A DNA stretch of 64,000 bases from a virus: positions 9,003 to 73,002 of the IMG/VR virus record IMGVR_UViG_3300032085_000337. One strand, given 5' to 3'. Under the pieces are notes generated by a model. That model saw only the letters and a list, made by a program, of their open reading frames with translations, was not told the origin of the DNA and searched no databases. The translations under genes and the position numbers were made by a program. The first letter of the stretch is position 1. Every line of letters begins with the position of its first letter. Shown in pieces: positions 9,601 through 19,704 of this stretch.

Positions 9601-11112
9601 CATAAACCCAAGGCGGGGGCCAAGGGCAGTCTGACCAGCTGAGAAGAGAGAAGCAGCAGACCGTTTAAGGAAACCTTCTTCTACGTTTACATCCTCAATC
9701 TCTGTAGCAAGACGACTTGTATCAACACGTTCACTGTACTCAAGATACCAGCCACGTTTATCCTCATCTACACCAAAGGCTTTAGTACGATCTGAGTTAA
9801 GACGTACTGCTTTGTAACGAGGGTCATCCTTGACAGCCTTCATTGCAGCTGCTTTTGTTGTGAAGGGTTTACCTGTGTCTGCCTTACCAAGAAGGGCAGT
9901 GTATATGTAGTTGTCTGAACCCTCGGCACGACGACGAGACACCTTAACAAAGGCGTTAGTTGACTGAGCAACAAGACGATCAGCTACTTCTGTTGTAGCC
10001 TCCGCCAATGATTTAGTTGTGAATGTTTTACCAGCAAAGGGTGAAGACAACATCTCTGCCATCTTCTCAAAGAGCATTGATCTCTTTGTACCTTCTGTTA
10101 CAACAGCTGCGCTGGGCGTGTTGACAGAGGGCTTAGGGTCCATAGTGGATGGGCCTGCTTTGTAGGCAACGGCTGGAGAGGGTCTTGCAGAGTTAAGTTG
10201 CTTAACGGTAGCCTTACCCCCTTCAGCTATCCCCTTCGTGGCTGTAACGGCTTCTGAGACAGTCTTAGAGGCAAGCAGATCGGAGACTGCGGAACGAGTA
10301 CCAGTAGCAGCCTTCTTAACACCAGCTGAGGCAAGACGACCTACAGTCTTTGTACCACCAAGAGTAGCAATGTCAGCAAGGGCTAGGAGTTGGTTGAAGC
10401 CAGCATCTGTGTCAGTACCAAAGTTATCAACCAAGGCCTGTAGTTCTTTCAGGCTCTCGTACTCACGAATGTTGAAGAGACCCTTTGCTTCTGCATCTGC
10501 AATCTCTTTATCCCAGAAGGCATTGAACTCATCTTCTTCCATAAACAAGGAGTCAGCATACTTTTGTGAGAGGCTTGAATCCCTACGGATAGCCATCTCA
10601 AGTACACCTACAGTAAAGTCTCGTGCCGTGTTCAATGCACCAGCTGTCAACCACTTGAAGGTAGAAGGATCATTCTCTTCCAGACGTTTAGAGATACGGC
10701 TGCTAATCTTCTCGTAGTTGGTGAGGACACGGAGTGACTCAGGGTTCACTGTCTCATCGTCTACCATCAACATACTTGAGAAGATAAACTCCTGAGGTGC
10801 TACAGCAATAGCCTTACGTTCTACGTGCTCACGAGCAAGTCGGCCAGCCTCCTCTACGGAAACACCAGCCTCGTATAGAGTATCAAGGTAACGAGTAAGA
10901 TCGGGATACTGTTTAGCAAGACCCTCATGTGTGAAGTCTTGGTTTGCCCGTGTCTCAGAGATAACCTGTGGGTCTTCATCCAGAAGATAAGCCTGAGCTT
11001 CCACAGTTTCGATCTCAAGAGGAGAGTTAGGGTCAATAGGTTTACTTTTAGATTGAGTGGTCTCTTCTTCAAGACCTCCCTCAAGCTCCTCGAAAGATGC
11101 AATGCTATCCAT
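6658..11112 (-). CDS. Large internal virion (ejection) protein
   Basis: 1484 aa; size and position typical of podoviral core proteins. Confidence 0.65.
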   Translation of the reverse strand: MDSIASFEELEGGLEEETTQSKSKPIDPNSPLEIETVEAQAYLLDEDPQVISETRANQDFTHEGLAKQYPDLTRYLDTLYEAGVSVEEAGRLAREHVERKAIAVAPQEFIFSSMLMVDDETVNPESLRVLTNYEKISSRISKRLEENDPSTFKWLTAGALNTARDFTVGVLEMAIRRDSSLSQKYADSLFMEEDEFNAFWDKEIADAEAKGLFNIREYESLKELQALVDNFGTDTDAGFNQLLALADIATLGGTKTVGRLASAGVKKAATGTRSAVSDLLASKTVSEAVTATKGIAEGGKATVKQLNSARPSPAVAYKAGPSTMDPKPSVNTPSAAVVTEGTKRSMLFEKMAEMLSSPFAGKTFTTKSLAEATTEVADRLVAQSTNAFVKVSRRRAEGSDNYIYTALLGKADTGKPFTTKAAAMKAVKDDPRYKAVRLNSDRTKAFGVDEDKRGWYLEYSERVDTSRLATEIEDVNVEEGFLKRSAASLFSAGQTALGPRLGFMLNAAEGLVARVSKEADVAFKDISKLSKGESEELNKIITSYRDSPLGDTELDLAAQRGAPSSAKFEQDFMAVNGRVPSEQQMKAYRALVDFNNSSWNVKATEILKKVTERGGWTVDVSEGYTTIGVPVTVADDAVVFSRLQGSVRGSAVGDRIVYKLDEPFEDANGNFFEYVTDVADARVPQKSDVLGYNFGGSRNNETTNFFVGTLFDVEFAGGKKGKGGFRSLLGSYSSKEATSAARELNNIQETIGGFLKATGLKSISKLELSGEDLDRVNDIISRNNKWNPSVENFDDLKDLSQRHKESFANKFEVKRRDQQVDTEITDGYGLSVGDYQSRRVARKRGDAPLMEYGGGRVSNQDPITNILEQFQSTAYRYTHSKATQAAVNGWVDKARRMGNVTFDGPVPSDPNDFLRRAKIKGSEGVDADMAEQQTVIKRRMGLEERTDKENNFFIRMGQHIYDEGVFMGKGKGIKTNPEDWLDGAAGRVRAMVFHMKMGIFNPDQLVLNASHVAQIMAISPKAGIKATAAVPIIAQLMRKTPKAAAKDIDALYANGFAGMTKEELLATVKYMRESGRDIVGTSVLERSGTAFDPKKNAASEFLELGLTPYKMGELFGRIASVATAVVEHNAKKISDDVFSEAGLQYVANREQVLSFRMTSGQKGSYQEGAIMGLATQWMSYTNRFVDNILIGRDLTKAERARMVGVNTVLFGTRGMGFSPKMTAALVAFGVDPEDENSTATLNAVKFGLFDFMLSQLVGEDVSLGSRIAPMGGIVQQYSELFREDPLYATLGGPSAQIGFDTYKAIKATLETITGGHKQIAVEEFKVLMRNVKSVDIYSKVVELIETGEYRSKRRGLAGEFDEVGTGLAASVLGGATPMKVLNHYDAKDISYKEDAKFKDARRRIDTWATKALDLISTGEPDKMKQGRELYNDAMNLIEDGGFSEENQTKLYRAVVNLETMTDLVKRATGQSKASQLTAKASQGE

Positions 11113-11129
11113 TGTTAAGCCTTAAATTA

Positions 11130-11603
11130 TTACTTGAATAAGCCGAAGTCTTCAGCGTAGCCACCGAGAGTGGGTGCATTACCCGCTGCTGAGAAACCAA
11201 GTTTAGCAATGTCGCCATATGTCTGGGCTTGCATATTGAACTTAGAGATGTTAGCAGACAGGCCACTAAGCTGTGAACCAAAACCAAGTTCTGCACCAAG
11301 TTGTGAACGACCTGCACCAGTAGCACCAGAAAGACCTGAACTCTGGGAAGTACCAGCTGCTTGAGCAGAAGCTTTTGCACGGGCAGAGGCTAGGATGTTG
11401 GAACGGATAGCAGCCCTACGTTGACGTTTTGCCTGTACTTCCTGAGCTTGTTGCTGCGCCCTAGCTGACTTACGAGCGGCTTTACCTGCGGCAATAGTAC
11501 CACCCACTCCTACAACAGCACCGACAGTTGCAACACCTGCGGTAAATGCTGCTGCCCCTGTAGCCATTGTCAACGCTGTACCAATGGCAGTAAAAATAGC
11601 CAT
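11130..11603 (-). CDS. Small internal virion protein (gp14-like)
   Basis: Hydrophobic Ala/Gly N-terminus then Q/A/R-rich helix. Confidence 0.65.
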   Translation of the reverse strand: MAIFTAIGTALTMATGAAAFTAGVATVGAVVGVGGTIAAGKAARKSARAQQQAQEVQAKRQRRAAIRSNILASARAKASAQAAGTSQSSGLSGATGAGRSQLGAELGFGSQLSGLSANISKFNMQAQTYGDIAKLGFSAAGNAPTLGGYAEDFGLFK

Positions 11604-11604
11604 C

Positions 11605-12063
11605 TTAAAACTCCTTCATGTAATGGGTTTCCGCTTTGACGTAACCCTTTTTCTTGTATACTTTAGATAAGTCTGCTATCTCTTCCAGATATGCCATACC
11701 GATGTACTTAGCACCTCGACCTTCTGCCCATTCCTCGTAAGTGGACATAAGACGGAAACCTGCAGATGTTTTACGGTAGTCTTTGTGTACAAACCAAGCA
11801 ATCTCACTAGCCACTTTCTCAGAGGAGAAGAGGGGTTCCATTACTTGACAACAGATGTAACCAACTATCTCACCATCCGTCTCTGCTACAAAGACATTTA
11901 CATCTTCCAATGGTAGAGTAGCTAGGAAAACTTCCTGTGTCTTTTTAGCATCCCAAGAGTAAGGGAGTTTGGACTCTTTGTGAAACTGTTTGAACAACAT
12001 GAGACAGTCAAGAAGATCGCCCTCAACTGCCTCACGGATATTAATAGCTGTTGTTTTTAGCAC
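11605..12063 (-). CDS. GNAT-fold protein of the virion module
   Basis: IREA...D, FVAE..GEIVG, WFVHKDYR, YKKKGY. Confidence 0.8.
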   Translation of the reverse strand: MLKTTAINIREAVEGDLLDCLMLFKQFHKESKLPYSWDAKKTQEVFLATLPLEDVNVFVAETDGEIVGYICCQVMEPLFSSEKVASEIAWFVHKDYRKTSAGFRLMSTYEEWAEGRGAKYIGMAYLEEIADLSKVYKKKGYVKAETHYMKEF

Positions 12064-14188
12064 CGATTACCTCGTAGCCTACTAGGTGGAAGTCTTTACC
12101 TGAGACACTCTCAAACCTAAGTTTCATTGATCTCCCTCGTCCACGTACCTTTGACTTAGTTACAACCGTGTCAGTAGGGTAGTTGATAGAAGATAGATCA
12201 TTGGGGTTTACAACAGGTACGTCCTTGAGTTTGTAGATTTCTCTCGGAGTGCTGTTACTCTTAGAAAGGTTCCACGACACAGACATCAAACAGCTAGATG
12301 GGTTGATAAACTCATAACCTACACCACTTGCTACATACCCGTCTTCTGTTACTCGCATATAGGTTGTTACATAGGGAGCATTCTTGAATGTAGTAATGTC
12401 ACCCATGAAGTCGTAACCAGCCTCAGCAAAGCTCTTGTAGTCTGCAGAACCCCAGTCAAGATATGTGTCACCTCGGAATGTAGCAAAGGTCATCTTACCT
12501 GTCGTACCATCCCGAACAAGTAGTTTGATCTCACTGTCACCCTCAAGGTAGTCACGATACAGAGTAGCTACTACGTTGTCACTTCCGTTCACAACAACAT
12601 CAGCACCATTAACTACTTGGGTCTCTGTGGAAGTAGAACCAAGGCCACCATAGTAAGAAGTACCAATGATGTAAGAAGTGCTAGATGCTTCATCTTCTAC
12701 ACGCCAAGGATAGAAAGCCTGTAGGGCCAAGTCCATGACTAGGATGTTGTTATACTTGTAGTCAATACTCTCATCGTTATCAGGGTAGAACCAGAACACA
12801 CGTTGGTTGATCTTGTCATACTCAACAGTAACCTGAGCCTTCTTGGCGTTTGAGATGTTGTTCCACAAAGTCTGGATAGTACTGAGAGACAAGTTCTGAG
12901 CAGTTGGTGTGTTGAGGTTTTCAGACTGCTGTACTGCGTAGATACCAGTCTTGCCCCACCAGATAGGGATACCATCTGCTACAACGAAGGAGTTTTCATT
13001 AGAAAGACCTACATCACTGATGCGAGTGATAGCATACTCAGTTGCACGGAATACGTTATCAACACCAGCAACAGCCCACACACCGTTCTCAGCAAACACC
13101 AAGAGTGAAGCACCTAGTACGTGGAGCTTACGGATGTTGTGAGCATCAGGGATACGTACAACACCACCATCAGTGTCGAGTAGATCACTAAGTACTTCAG
13201 AGGTAGGGTCATTTACTTGGTAGCAGTTGCCTACATCTGACATACGTTCAGTCAAACGAGAGAAGTAAACCTTACCACCGTTCTTAGCTGAGTCAATGCC
13301 TGCATAGAATACACGACCAGCATACGCAGCAACAGAACGGAAACGACCTGTCTCAACTTCTGTTGTCAGTCCTGTACGGGCTTTATTGAACACATCCAAG
13401 ACATAGTGACCGTTAGAGGCCAGAGATGAACCAGTGTAAATCTCTAACCAGTCGGCTTTATTGAAAGCTCCGTTAGCATTTTTACCAGAATACCAAGGGT
13501 GAGTCAGAGCAGGATAGACTATGTAAGAACCATAAGTGTTTAAAGCAGCACTACCTTTTGGACCAACCCAACCTACGTTGTACGTGTCGTATATTCTTTG
13601 GTTACTTACTGATGTGCCTTCACCGAAGTATAGACTGGTAACATCTACATCAGAACCCTGCCACTCAAAGTCTCTTTCCTTAAAGGAGATAGAGGTTGCT
13701 GTGAAGGCTTCTGTACTGGTGTTGAACTCTAGGTAGAAAGTGTTGATTGCGGGAGAAGCCACAATCAGGTAGCCATTCAAGGAAGTGACTTGAACACGTT
13801 CCTCAGAAGGAGATAGGTTGTTAGAGGCAGAGTGAGTATTAAGATCAACACTGCCTGAGTACTTGTTAGCCGACAGAGGGTCAGTAGACTTCTCATAGAA
13901 GTAGAGAATGTTGTTAACTTGTACTACAAGAAACTCAAGGTTAACCTGACCAGCTACGTTGTACCAGTCAAGTGTTTGAACCAGAGCACCCTCAGGTACA
14001 ACAACATCTGAGAGTACATGGTTGTCTTCTAGTGTGACAGCCTTACGTCTACGACGAGTACCATCACGCCCAAGAGAACAGTTAAGCTCATCAACAGATG
14101 CGTTCTCTGGGAATGTAAGTTCAGAGGCCTCAGTGATGAGACCCTTGATAAAGGTGTTAACCGTTCTCTGGGTCAGGCTTTGTGGCAT
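12041..14188 (-). CDS. Tail tubular protein B (nozzle)
   Basis: 715 aa beta-rich; GRVFYAG, YFSR; follows tubular protein A. Confidence 0.75.
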   Translation of the reverse strand: MPQSLTQRTVNTFIKGLITEASELTFPENASVDELNCSLGRDGTRRRRKAVTLEDNHVLSDVVVPEGALVQTLDWYNVAGQVNLEFLVVQVNNILYFYEKSTDPLSANKYSGSVDLNTHSASNNLSPSEERVQVTSLNGYLIVASPAINTFYLEFNTSTEAFTATSISFKERDFEWQGSDVDVTSLYFGEGTSVSNQRIYDTYNVGWVGPKGSAALNTYGSYIVYPALTHPWYSGKNANGAFNKADWLEIYTGSSLASNGHYVLDVFNKARTGLTTEVETGRFRSVAAYAGRVFYAGIDSAKNGGKVYFSRLTERMSDVGNCYQVNDPTSEVLSDLLDTDGGVVRIPDAHNIRKLHVLGASLLVFAENGVWAVAGVDNVFRATEYAITRISDVGLSNENSFVVADGIPIWWGKTGIYAVQQSENLNTPTAQNLSLSTIQTLWNNISNAKKAQVTVEYDKINQRVFWFYPDNDESIDYKYNNILVMDLALQAFYPWRVEDEASSTSYIIGTSYYGGLGSTSTETQVVNGADVVVNGSDNVVATLYRDYLEGDSEIKLLVRDGTTGKMTFATFRGDTYLDWGSADYKSFAEAGYDFMGDITTFKNAPYVTTYMRVTEDGYVASGVGYEFINPSSCLMSVSWNLSKSNSTPREIYKLKDVPVVNPNDLSSINYPTDTVVTKSKVRGRGRSMKLRFESVSGKDFHLVGYEVIGAKNNSY

Positions 14189-14474
14189 TTAGTTTTTCCT
14201 TCTCAGCCTGACGTTCTTTGGCTCGGTCATTAACAGCTTTTCTAGCGGTAGGTTTCTTATGAGCTAAGTGAAGTTTAACAGCTGCTAGAGCACCTGCTGC
14301 TCCAGTCCAACTACCTTGAAGTCCTGCGGGAAGTGGAGCACCGTTCTCATACTTAACTGCGTAGAACTTAAAACCATCCTGAGGCTTATAAACAACCAAA
14401 GCCTTCTCGGTCTTGTCACTCTTCACAACATAAGTTTGACCGTCTTCACTTTTACTTACTTCAATTTCTGCCAT
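14157..14474 (-). CDS. Hypothetical protein
   Basis: 105 aa ORF overlapping both neighbours in the operon. Confidence 0.65.
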   Translation of the reverse strand: MAEIEVSKSEDGQTYVVKSDKTEKALVVYKPQDGFKFYAVKYENGAPLPAGLQGSWTGAAGALAAVKLHLAHKKPTARKAVNDRAKERQAEKEKLNATKPDPENG

Positions 14475-15210
14475 AGTTGTTCTTAGCTCTTCCTGTGTTT
14501 ACTTTATACATATCGTTCTGAACATAGACCTTTTGTCTACGAGCAGTCTGTTCGATCTTAGGATCAGCACCTGACTTAAACAGAGACATTGCAGTAGCCT
14601 TAGCCTCTGCTAACAAGAAAGGGAACATCGTAGCATCCATGTCTGGTACAAAGGTATCAGAGAAGGAATCAAACGTAGGATACTTGACACCGTAGGCCCG
14701 TGTCTTAGCTGATGTAAGAAGAGCATCCACAGATGCGTCATACGAGTCTAGTACAATAGTGTCATCATCGAACGATGTGTAGTACATAGGCATAGCATCT
14801 TTACGAATAAGAAGAATGCTTTCAGAACCTACGTCAGGAACCTGCTTTACATTAGAGGCTAGACTGTTTCTGTTATCTACTAGTCCCAAGAACTCGTCAG
14901 GGCTGAGGTACTTAAGTCGTCTGTACTCTACACCACCTGAAACACGAGATACGTTGTAGTCTAGAAACTCAATTTTCTTAACACGGGCAGGGAAAGAGAA
15001 GTGAGTAGGACGGGCTGAACTAGAGAAAGAAGTAAGCTTCAGAGTCTGAGAATGCTCAGGGATAAAGCGAGTAGCAATCATTGCAAAGTAAGTATTCTCT
15101 ACTACTTTAGCAATCTGTTCAGCTTCATTAGAATCTACAAGACTGTTGATCTCCTCCGAATCCATGTCGGACAAGATGTTCTGAACCATTTCGAGGAGAG
15201 TCATCTTCAT
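14461..15210 (-). CDS. Tail tubular protein A (adaptor)
   Basis: TLLEMVQNILSDM..EEINSL N-terminus; start re-called to ATG 15210. Confidence 0.75.
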   Translation of the reverse strand: MKMTLLEMVQNILSDMDSEEINSLVDSNEAEQIAKVVENTYFAMIATRFIPEHSQTLKLTSFSSSARPTHFSFPARVKKIEFLDYNVSRVSGGVEYRRLKYLSPDEFLGLVDNRNSLASNVKQVPDVGSESILLIRKDAMPMYYTSFDDDTIVLDSYDASVDALLTSAKTRAYGVKYPTFDSFSDTFVPDMDATMFPFLLAEAKATAMSLFKSGADPKIEQTARRQKVYVQNDMYKVNTGRAKNNYGRN

Positions 15211-15211
15211 G

Positions 15212-15784
15212 TTATGCACTCATTCCAATAATAGAGACATAGATGTTTGCGTAGTTTACATCTACGTTATCTGCATCCGCTTTAGTCTTGATCTCAATAT
15301 AATCGTTTTGATTGAGGGTAGTAACACCTGTTACACTGATAGAACCCCAGTTCCCTGAGGAGATAGTACGAATTGCTCTTGAGCCTACAATCTCCACACC
15401 GTTCTTAAACAATGCCCACTGGACTGCGTGACTTGCACCACCAGCCTGTGAGGATGACATAGTTACATTAATGAGACTTGTAATCTCTGTGGGGTCATCG
15501 TATCTAAAACGAAGGTTAGGGGATGTAAGAACAGTGAAACCTTCTACATGAGAAGAAGAGACTGGGAAGGATAGGAACTTCTCAACTGTATCCGTATCAA
15601 TGGTGTACGCATAAGGAGAAGTGGCAGAGAAAGAAGTAGCAGCACCTAGGTGTCTATGGATAGGTTGCCATGTACCACTACCAGAACCATTAGCAACATA
15701 TACTTCACCACTGTTAGCTGTAGCTGTACCCTTAGGTTCATGCAATGCACTACCAGTAAGAGAGGAATGTTCTACGTTAGCCAT
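15212..15784 (-). CDS. Virion structural protein with TNF/C1q-like C-terminal domain
   Basis: HEPKG N-terminus; beta-sandwich tail (TLNQNDYIEI); has its own promoter. Confidence 0.55.
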   Translation of the reverse strand: MANVEHSSLTGSALHEPKGTATANSGEVYVANGSGSGTWQPIHRHLGAATSFSATSPYAYTIDTDTVEKFLSFPVSSSHVEGFTVLTSPNLRFRYDDPTEITSLINVTMSSSQAGGASHAVQWALFKNGVEIVGSRAIRTISSGNWGSISVTGVTTLNQNDYIEIKTKADADNVDVNYANIYVSIIGMSA

Positions 15785-15821
15785 AATAATTAGTCCTTAG
15801 CAGGGGAGACTTGTTAAGACT

Positions 15822-15850
15822 ATTATACACACAGGTAAATATCTTGTCAA
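15822..15850 (-). promoter_or_regulatory. Consensus sigma70 promoter for tail genes
   Basis: Minus strand TTGACA-17 nt-TATAAT. Confidence 0.9.
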
Positions 15851-15854
15851 GCAT

Positions 15855-15888
15855 AAAAGAAGAAGGAGGGAATTTCTCCCCTCCCCCT
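15855..15888 (-). terminator. Intrinsic terminator after the major capsid gene
   Basis: Minus strand GGGGAGGGGA-GAAA-TTCCCTCCTT then CTTCTTTT. Confidence 0.75.
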
Positions 15889-15900
15889 GTTGCAAGTTAG

Positions 15901-16842
15901 TTACGCAAGAGGCGCAGTCATAACAGTTGCAAGGTTCTCTGGACGGTACAGTTTCAGACCGTAACGTGCAGTAGTAACGAACTCTGTACGCTGGAAGTCT
16001 TTGTTGTACTCTGTGTCCACTTCTGGCATCTGACGCCATGCACCAACGAAAGGCAATACAGCTTGGTCAGCAGAGAAGAACATGTTTGTGATTGCGTTGT
16101 TTACAGTTGTACCACCGATTGTTTCAGCAGCTTCTGTCTTCAGGTAGTTAGAAGTGTAAACGTCGAAACCGTAGATGTTCGCAATGAACGACATACCAGT
16201 TGCAATACCATCACGTACAACACCTTCCCAACGTGGGTTGTTGGATACGTTTGTAAGTTGTGACAGTGTGTTAAGTTCAAACTCAACTGATGGGTCAACG
16301 ATAGCTACGAGGTTCTTCTGTGGAACTTTTGCAGTCTTAAGAGCAAGGTTGGCTTTAGCAAAGTCTGCTACGCCGATCTTACCGCCAGTACCTGAACCGA
16401 GCATACGGTGATCAACGCCATTGATTGTGTTGGCATCGTCAACAGTTTGCTGGCCACCGAGAGCCATGATGTCTGACTCAAGACGTTCCATGAGAGCACG
16501 TTCCTGAAGTGGTACGAACTGAGACATGATCTCGTTTGCGTAGTACACATCCTGCATTGCTTTGTTGGTGATGTAGTTACCAGCTTGCAGGTACTCAGTG
16601 ATTGAGAATGTGAACTGTGCATCGTCGATGGGATCGTATGTTACAGCTGTATCTTCAGAGTAGTTGTTGATTGTCGCATCACCGAGTGATGGGATTTTGA
16701 ATGTGTCTCCGTCTGGGAATTGATCCAGCCACTTGACATATTTCATACCCTGCAGTTCGTCACGCAGGATTTCTTTAAGTTCGGCGGACCAAACTTCTGC
16801 ACGTTTTGCAAGTGCGAGTGTTGCTACTGTGTTACCAGCCAT
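15901..16842 (-). CDS. Major capsid protein (podovirus)
   Basis: EVWSAEL, GDTFKIP, IYGFDVYTSN, YGLKLYRPE; follows scaffold. Confidence 0.88.
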   Translation of the reverse strand: MAGNTVATLALAKRAEVWSAELKEILRDELQGMKYVKWLDQFPDGDTFKIPSLGDATINNYSEDTAVTYDPIDDAQFTFSITEYLQAGNYITNKAMQDVYYANEIMSQFVPLQERALMERLESDIMALGGQQTVDDANTINGVDHRMLGSGTGGKIGVADFAKANLALKTAKVPQKNLVAIVDPSVEFELNTLSQLTNVSNNPRWEGVVRDGIATGMSFIANIYGFDVYTSNYLKTEAAETIGGTTVNNAITNMFFSADQAVLPFVGAWRQMPEVDTEYNKDFQRTEFVTTARYGLKLYRPENLATVMTAPLA

Positions 16843-16854
16843 TGTCGTATTCCT

Positions 16855-17622
16855 TTATCGGTAAAAGTTGTCACCCAGACGGTCGGCATCAGCCATCATT
16901 GCTCGCTGGGTAGACGGTTTATAGTATAGTGACGAGTTCTCTTTGCGAAGGCGTTGGTAGTAACCAAAGTCCCTCTCAGAAGAGGCTTGCATTGTAGAAC
17001 CTTCGGTACGAATGCTCCCTTGAACCAGTGGGTTTGAACGGGGTGCTGGCTTACCCATCAACTGCATAAACGCAGCAGGGGACTTAGCAGCCATACTCTG
17101 TAGCTCCGCCATTGGTAGCCCTAGCTCAGAAGCTTTTTGCTGCACTGTAGCAGCTGCCTCTGTTCCGTAGGCCTTTTCAAGTTCCGACTCAACCAGAGCA
17201 ATGTTGCTTTTAGCTACACTTTCCTGCTCTCGCTTCCTCAGGGTCTGTTCAACTAGGCTCTCAATGTCTGCTTCACTCGAACTTGGCTTGGTATTAGCTA
17301 CATCCGCAGTGCCACCGATATTATTATTGGGGTCTGAAAGTTCGGCGGTGGAGGCCGAGGCCGTTTCTTTCAGATGTTCAGTAACTCCTAGTCGATAAGC
17401 CTGTTTCTCAAGGTCAGCCTTCAAAGCAGCATTCTCTTGTTTCATCTGTTCGATGAACTTATCTGCTTCAAGTTTGCCTTTAGCTAGTGCTTCGACATCA
17501 TTGAACTTACGTCCCTCTCCCACAAGTTCATTCACAACAGAAGGGCTGGTCGGCTCCTCAAAAGATGAAACTTGCTCACTCTGTGTTGCGGGGGTCACCT
17601 GCTCCTCAGAAAATACACTCAT
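16855..17622 (-). CDS. Capsid scaffolding protein
   Basis: Acidic coiled coil, KFNDVEALAKG; between portal and capsid. Confidence 0.75.
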   Translation of the reverse strand: MSVFSEEQVTPATQSEQVSSFEEPTSPSVVNELVGEGRKFNDVEALAKGKLEADKFIEQMKQENAALKADLEKQAYRLGVTEHLKETASASTAELSDPNNNIGGTADVANTKPSSSEADIESLVEQTLRKREQESVAKSNIALVESELEKAYGTEAAATVQQKASELGLPMAELQSMAAKSPAAFMQLMGKPAPRSNPLVQGSIRTEGSTMQASSERDFGYYQRLRKENSSLYYKPSTQRAMMADADRLGDNFYR

Positions 17623-17624
17623 TG

Positions 17625-17867
17625 TTATTCCTTGTCTAAGTTGATCAGGTCCAACACAGTGGTCACTGCTCGATTGAACCCGTTACGGTCTGCCTGTTTA
17701 TATGCCCACGAGGGTGAGTCATAGTCTGCGGCAGGGGTAGTCTCCTTAAGCATAGGCTCTAGGATTTCTTTGAGGCGGTCTAGACTATCTCTGTTAGACT
17801 GGAGTGTCTGGGCAACCGCCTCTTTTTCTTTCTTTGACTTACAGTCTCTGAACCAAGCTGCCTTCAT
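17625..17867 (-). CDS. Hypothetical protein
   Basis: DYDSPSWAYKQADRNG; follows portal. Confidence 0.7.
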   Translation of the reverse strand: MKAAWFRDCKSKKEKEAVAQTLQSNRDSLDRLKEILEPMLKETTPAADYDSPSWAYKQADRNGFNRAVTTVLDLINLDKE

Positions 17868-19645
17868 TCAAGAGGCTCCTCAGGGGCAGGCTGAAGCTCT
17901 TGTGAGCCTTGGTCAACCATCTCCTCTTGTTCAGCCTCAAACTCAATCTGAGCCTCTGTAGCAACCTTCTGAGTCTCCATCTGTTCACTGACAGATACGT
18001 TCTCTTTGAAGAGTGCTGGCTCACCAAGTTCGTCTGCAAGGAGACGGGCAAACTCTTTGCCTGAAAGGTGGGCTGCTACTGTAGGATCAGAAGCTTTGAT
18101 CTGATACATTGTTGTGAGGTTCTGGACACGTTGAGCACGTTCAGCAAAGTGACGAGCACCCATTGGAACGATCTTACCATTGGCTTTGATATCGTCCCGT
18201 GTGATCTGTGTGAAGAAGTAAAGACCTGTGTCTTCATTCAAGACCTTAGCTGTATCCTCATAGTCCATGTTACGACGAGCAGTCTCAAGCATGGCGTTCA
18301 GGATAGGCTCAAGAAACACACGTTCAAAGTGGGCAGTCTTGTGTTGGAAGATACGACCAGCAGCTGTCATAAGCTGACCTACTTCAAAGGCTGTCTTCTC
18401 ACCTGCACTACGGATACCCATAGCCTCACGAGGAGCACCTGCCATCATCTCCATCTTAGCTTCGATGTTCTGAATCTGGAAGTCTGCATTAAGTGCTGTA
18501 CTGTCAGGTGCAAGGTAACCTACATCACCCTCATCGCCCAAGTAGATACGAGCATTAGGCTCGAAGTCGAAGTCCTCTACGTCACCCCTGATCTTAAGGA
18601 CAGGGTAGGCAATCTGATCAAACACATCAGCCTTAAGGTTCTCAAGGTGATCAATGCGATACTGCATACCTACGAGGTTATCAAGTGGCCCCATGCTGTA
18701 GAGGTTGTCAGGGCGGTCTCGCCAGCCAACGTGGAAGATAGGATCACGACCAAGCCAAGAAGGGTTCTCTTCGTTTGACAGGACGTATGCACGGTCTACA
18801 ATAGTGATGATACGGTTGTTAAGGAGCTTACCCTCAACCTTGTCGTAGATGTCACCGTAGAAAGTAAGAACCTCTACGTAGTCTGATTCGTAGTAGTCTG
18901 TGAGAGAGGCAAAGCCATCAGCTACAAAACCCTCAGACTTGTTGATGTCTACTTCGTTACCTCTGGCAGAACCACGGTTGCCAAGCATCTTGTTGAAGAT
19001 GTCAGCCATGTAACCCTTTGATGAGTCATTCTCTACCATGCGTTGAATTTCACCCAAGGTAAGAACAGACCTAACGATCTTAGGTGTGTCCGAGAAATTC
19101 GCAGCAAGAGGATTGAAACAGATATCGAAGGGAGAGATACGAACTACTTTAGGACCAACGTAGTTTACGATACGGTCACCGTCTTCATACTCAGTTACTT
19201 TACGTCCAAAGTCTACAGTCGCAAAGCAGTTACCATACTGGATGTAGTCGTTAACTAGTTTACTCGTAGTGTTTACAAAGTCAGACTGACGTAGCTTGTT
19301 TTGCATATACGCCTGAATGATAGACCGTTTGATCTTAGTATCGGAATCAGCATCAGTAGCTTCAAAACGGAACCAACGCTTCTGAGGGAACAAAGCAGCA
19401 AAGTAGTTTGCGTGAAGGTTGTCAGCAATCTGAGTCAGCTTGGGGGTGGTTGTAGAGTTAGACCAAGGCAACTTGTTGTTAGATGTGGTACGAGTGTCCG
19501 TAGCATAGATATAGTTACGAAGCTCTTTCCACTCTTTAACCTTTTCAGAACGTGCATTGTTCCAAGAAGTCCAACGGTTAGCAATCTCCACAGCTAGGCT
19601 GTGAGGATCAATCATGCTTTCAATGTCAATAGTAGTGCCAGCCAT
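17864..19645 (-). CDS. Portal protein
   Basis: 593 aa; YGNCF, RISPFD, EKTAFEV; downstream of TerL. Confidence 0.85.
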   Translation of the reverse strand: MAGTTIDIESMIDPHSLAVEIANRWTSWNNARSEKVKEWKELRNYIYATDTRTTSNNKLPWSNSTTTPKLTQIADNLHANYFAALFPQKRWFRFEATDADSDTKIKRSIIQAYMQNKLRQSDFVNTTSKLVNDYIQYGNCFATVDFGRKVTEYEDGDRIVNYVGPKVVRISPFDICFNPLAANFSDTPKIVRSVLTLGEIQRMVENDSSKGYMADIFNKMLGNRGSARGNEVDINKSEGFVADGFASLTDYYESDYVEVLTFYGDIYDKVEGKLLNNRIITIVDRAYVLSNEENPSWLGRDPIFHVGWRDRPDNLYSMGPLDNLVGMQYRIDHLENLKADVFDQIAYPVLKIRGDVEDFDFEPNARIYLGDEGDVGYLAPDSTALNADFQIQNIEAKMEMMAGAPREAMGIRSAGEKTAFEVGQLMTAAGRIFQHKTAHFERVFLEPILNAMLETARRNMDYEDTAKVLNEDTGLYFFTQITRDDIKANGKIVPMGARHFAERAQRVQNLTTMYQIKASDPTVAAHLSGKEFARLLADELGEPALFKENVSVSEQMETQKVATEAQIEFEAEQEEMVDQGSQELQPAPEEPLE

Positions 19646-19672
19646 TGTGACTCCTAGTCTAGCTATGTGTTA

Positions 19673-19701
19673 ATAATAACACACTGTGATATTTATGTCA
19701 A
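19673..19701 (-). promoter_or_regulatory. sigma70 promoter for portal-capsid genes
   Basis: Minus strand TTGACA-17 nt-TATTAT. Confidence 0.8.
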
Positions 19702-19704
19702 CAC

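Noticed and set aside
11605-12063. GNAT as part of the novel modification cassette
   Set aside because: It lies at the conserved podoviral position between nozzle and core proteins, 9 kb from the cassette, and is better explained as a core virion-module gene.
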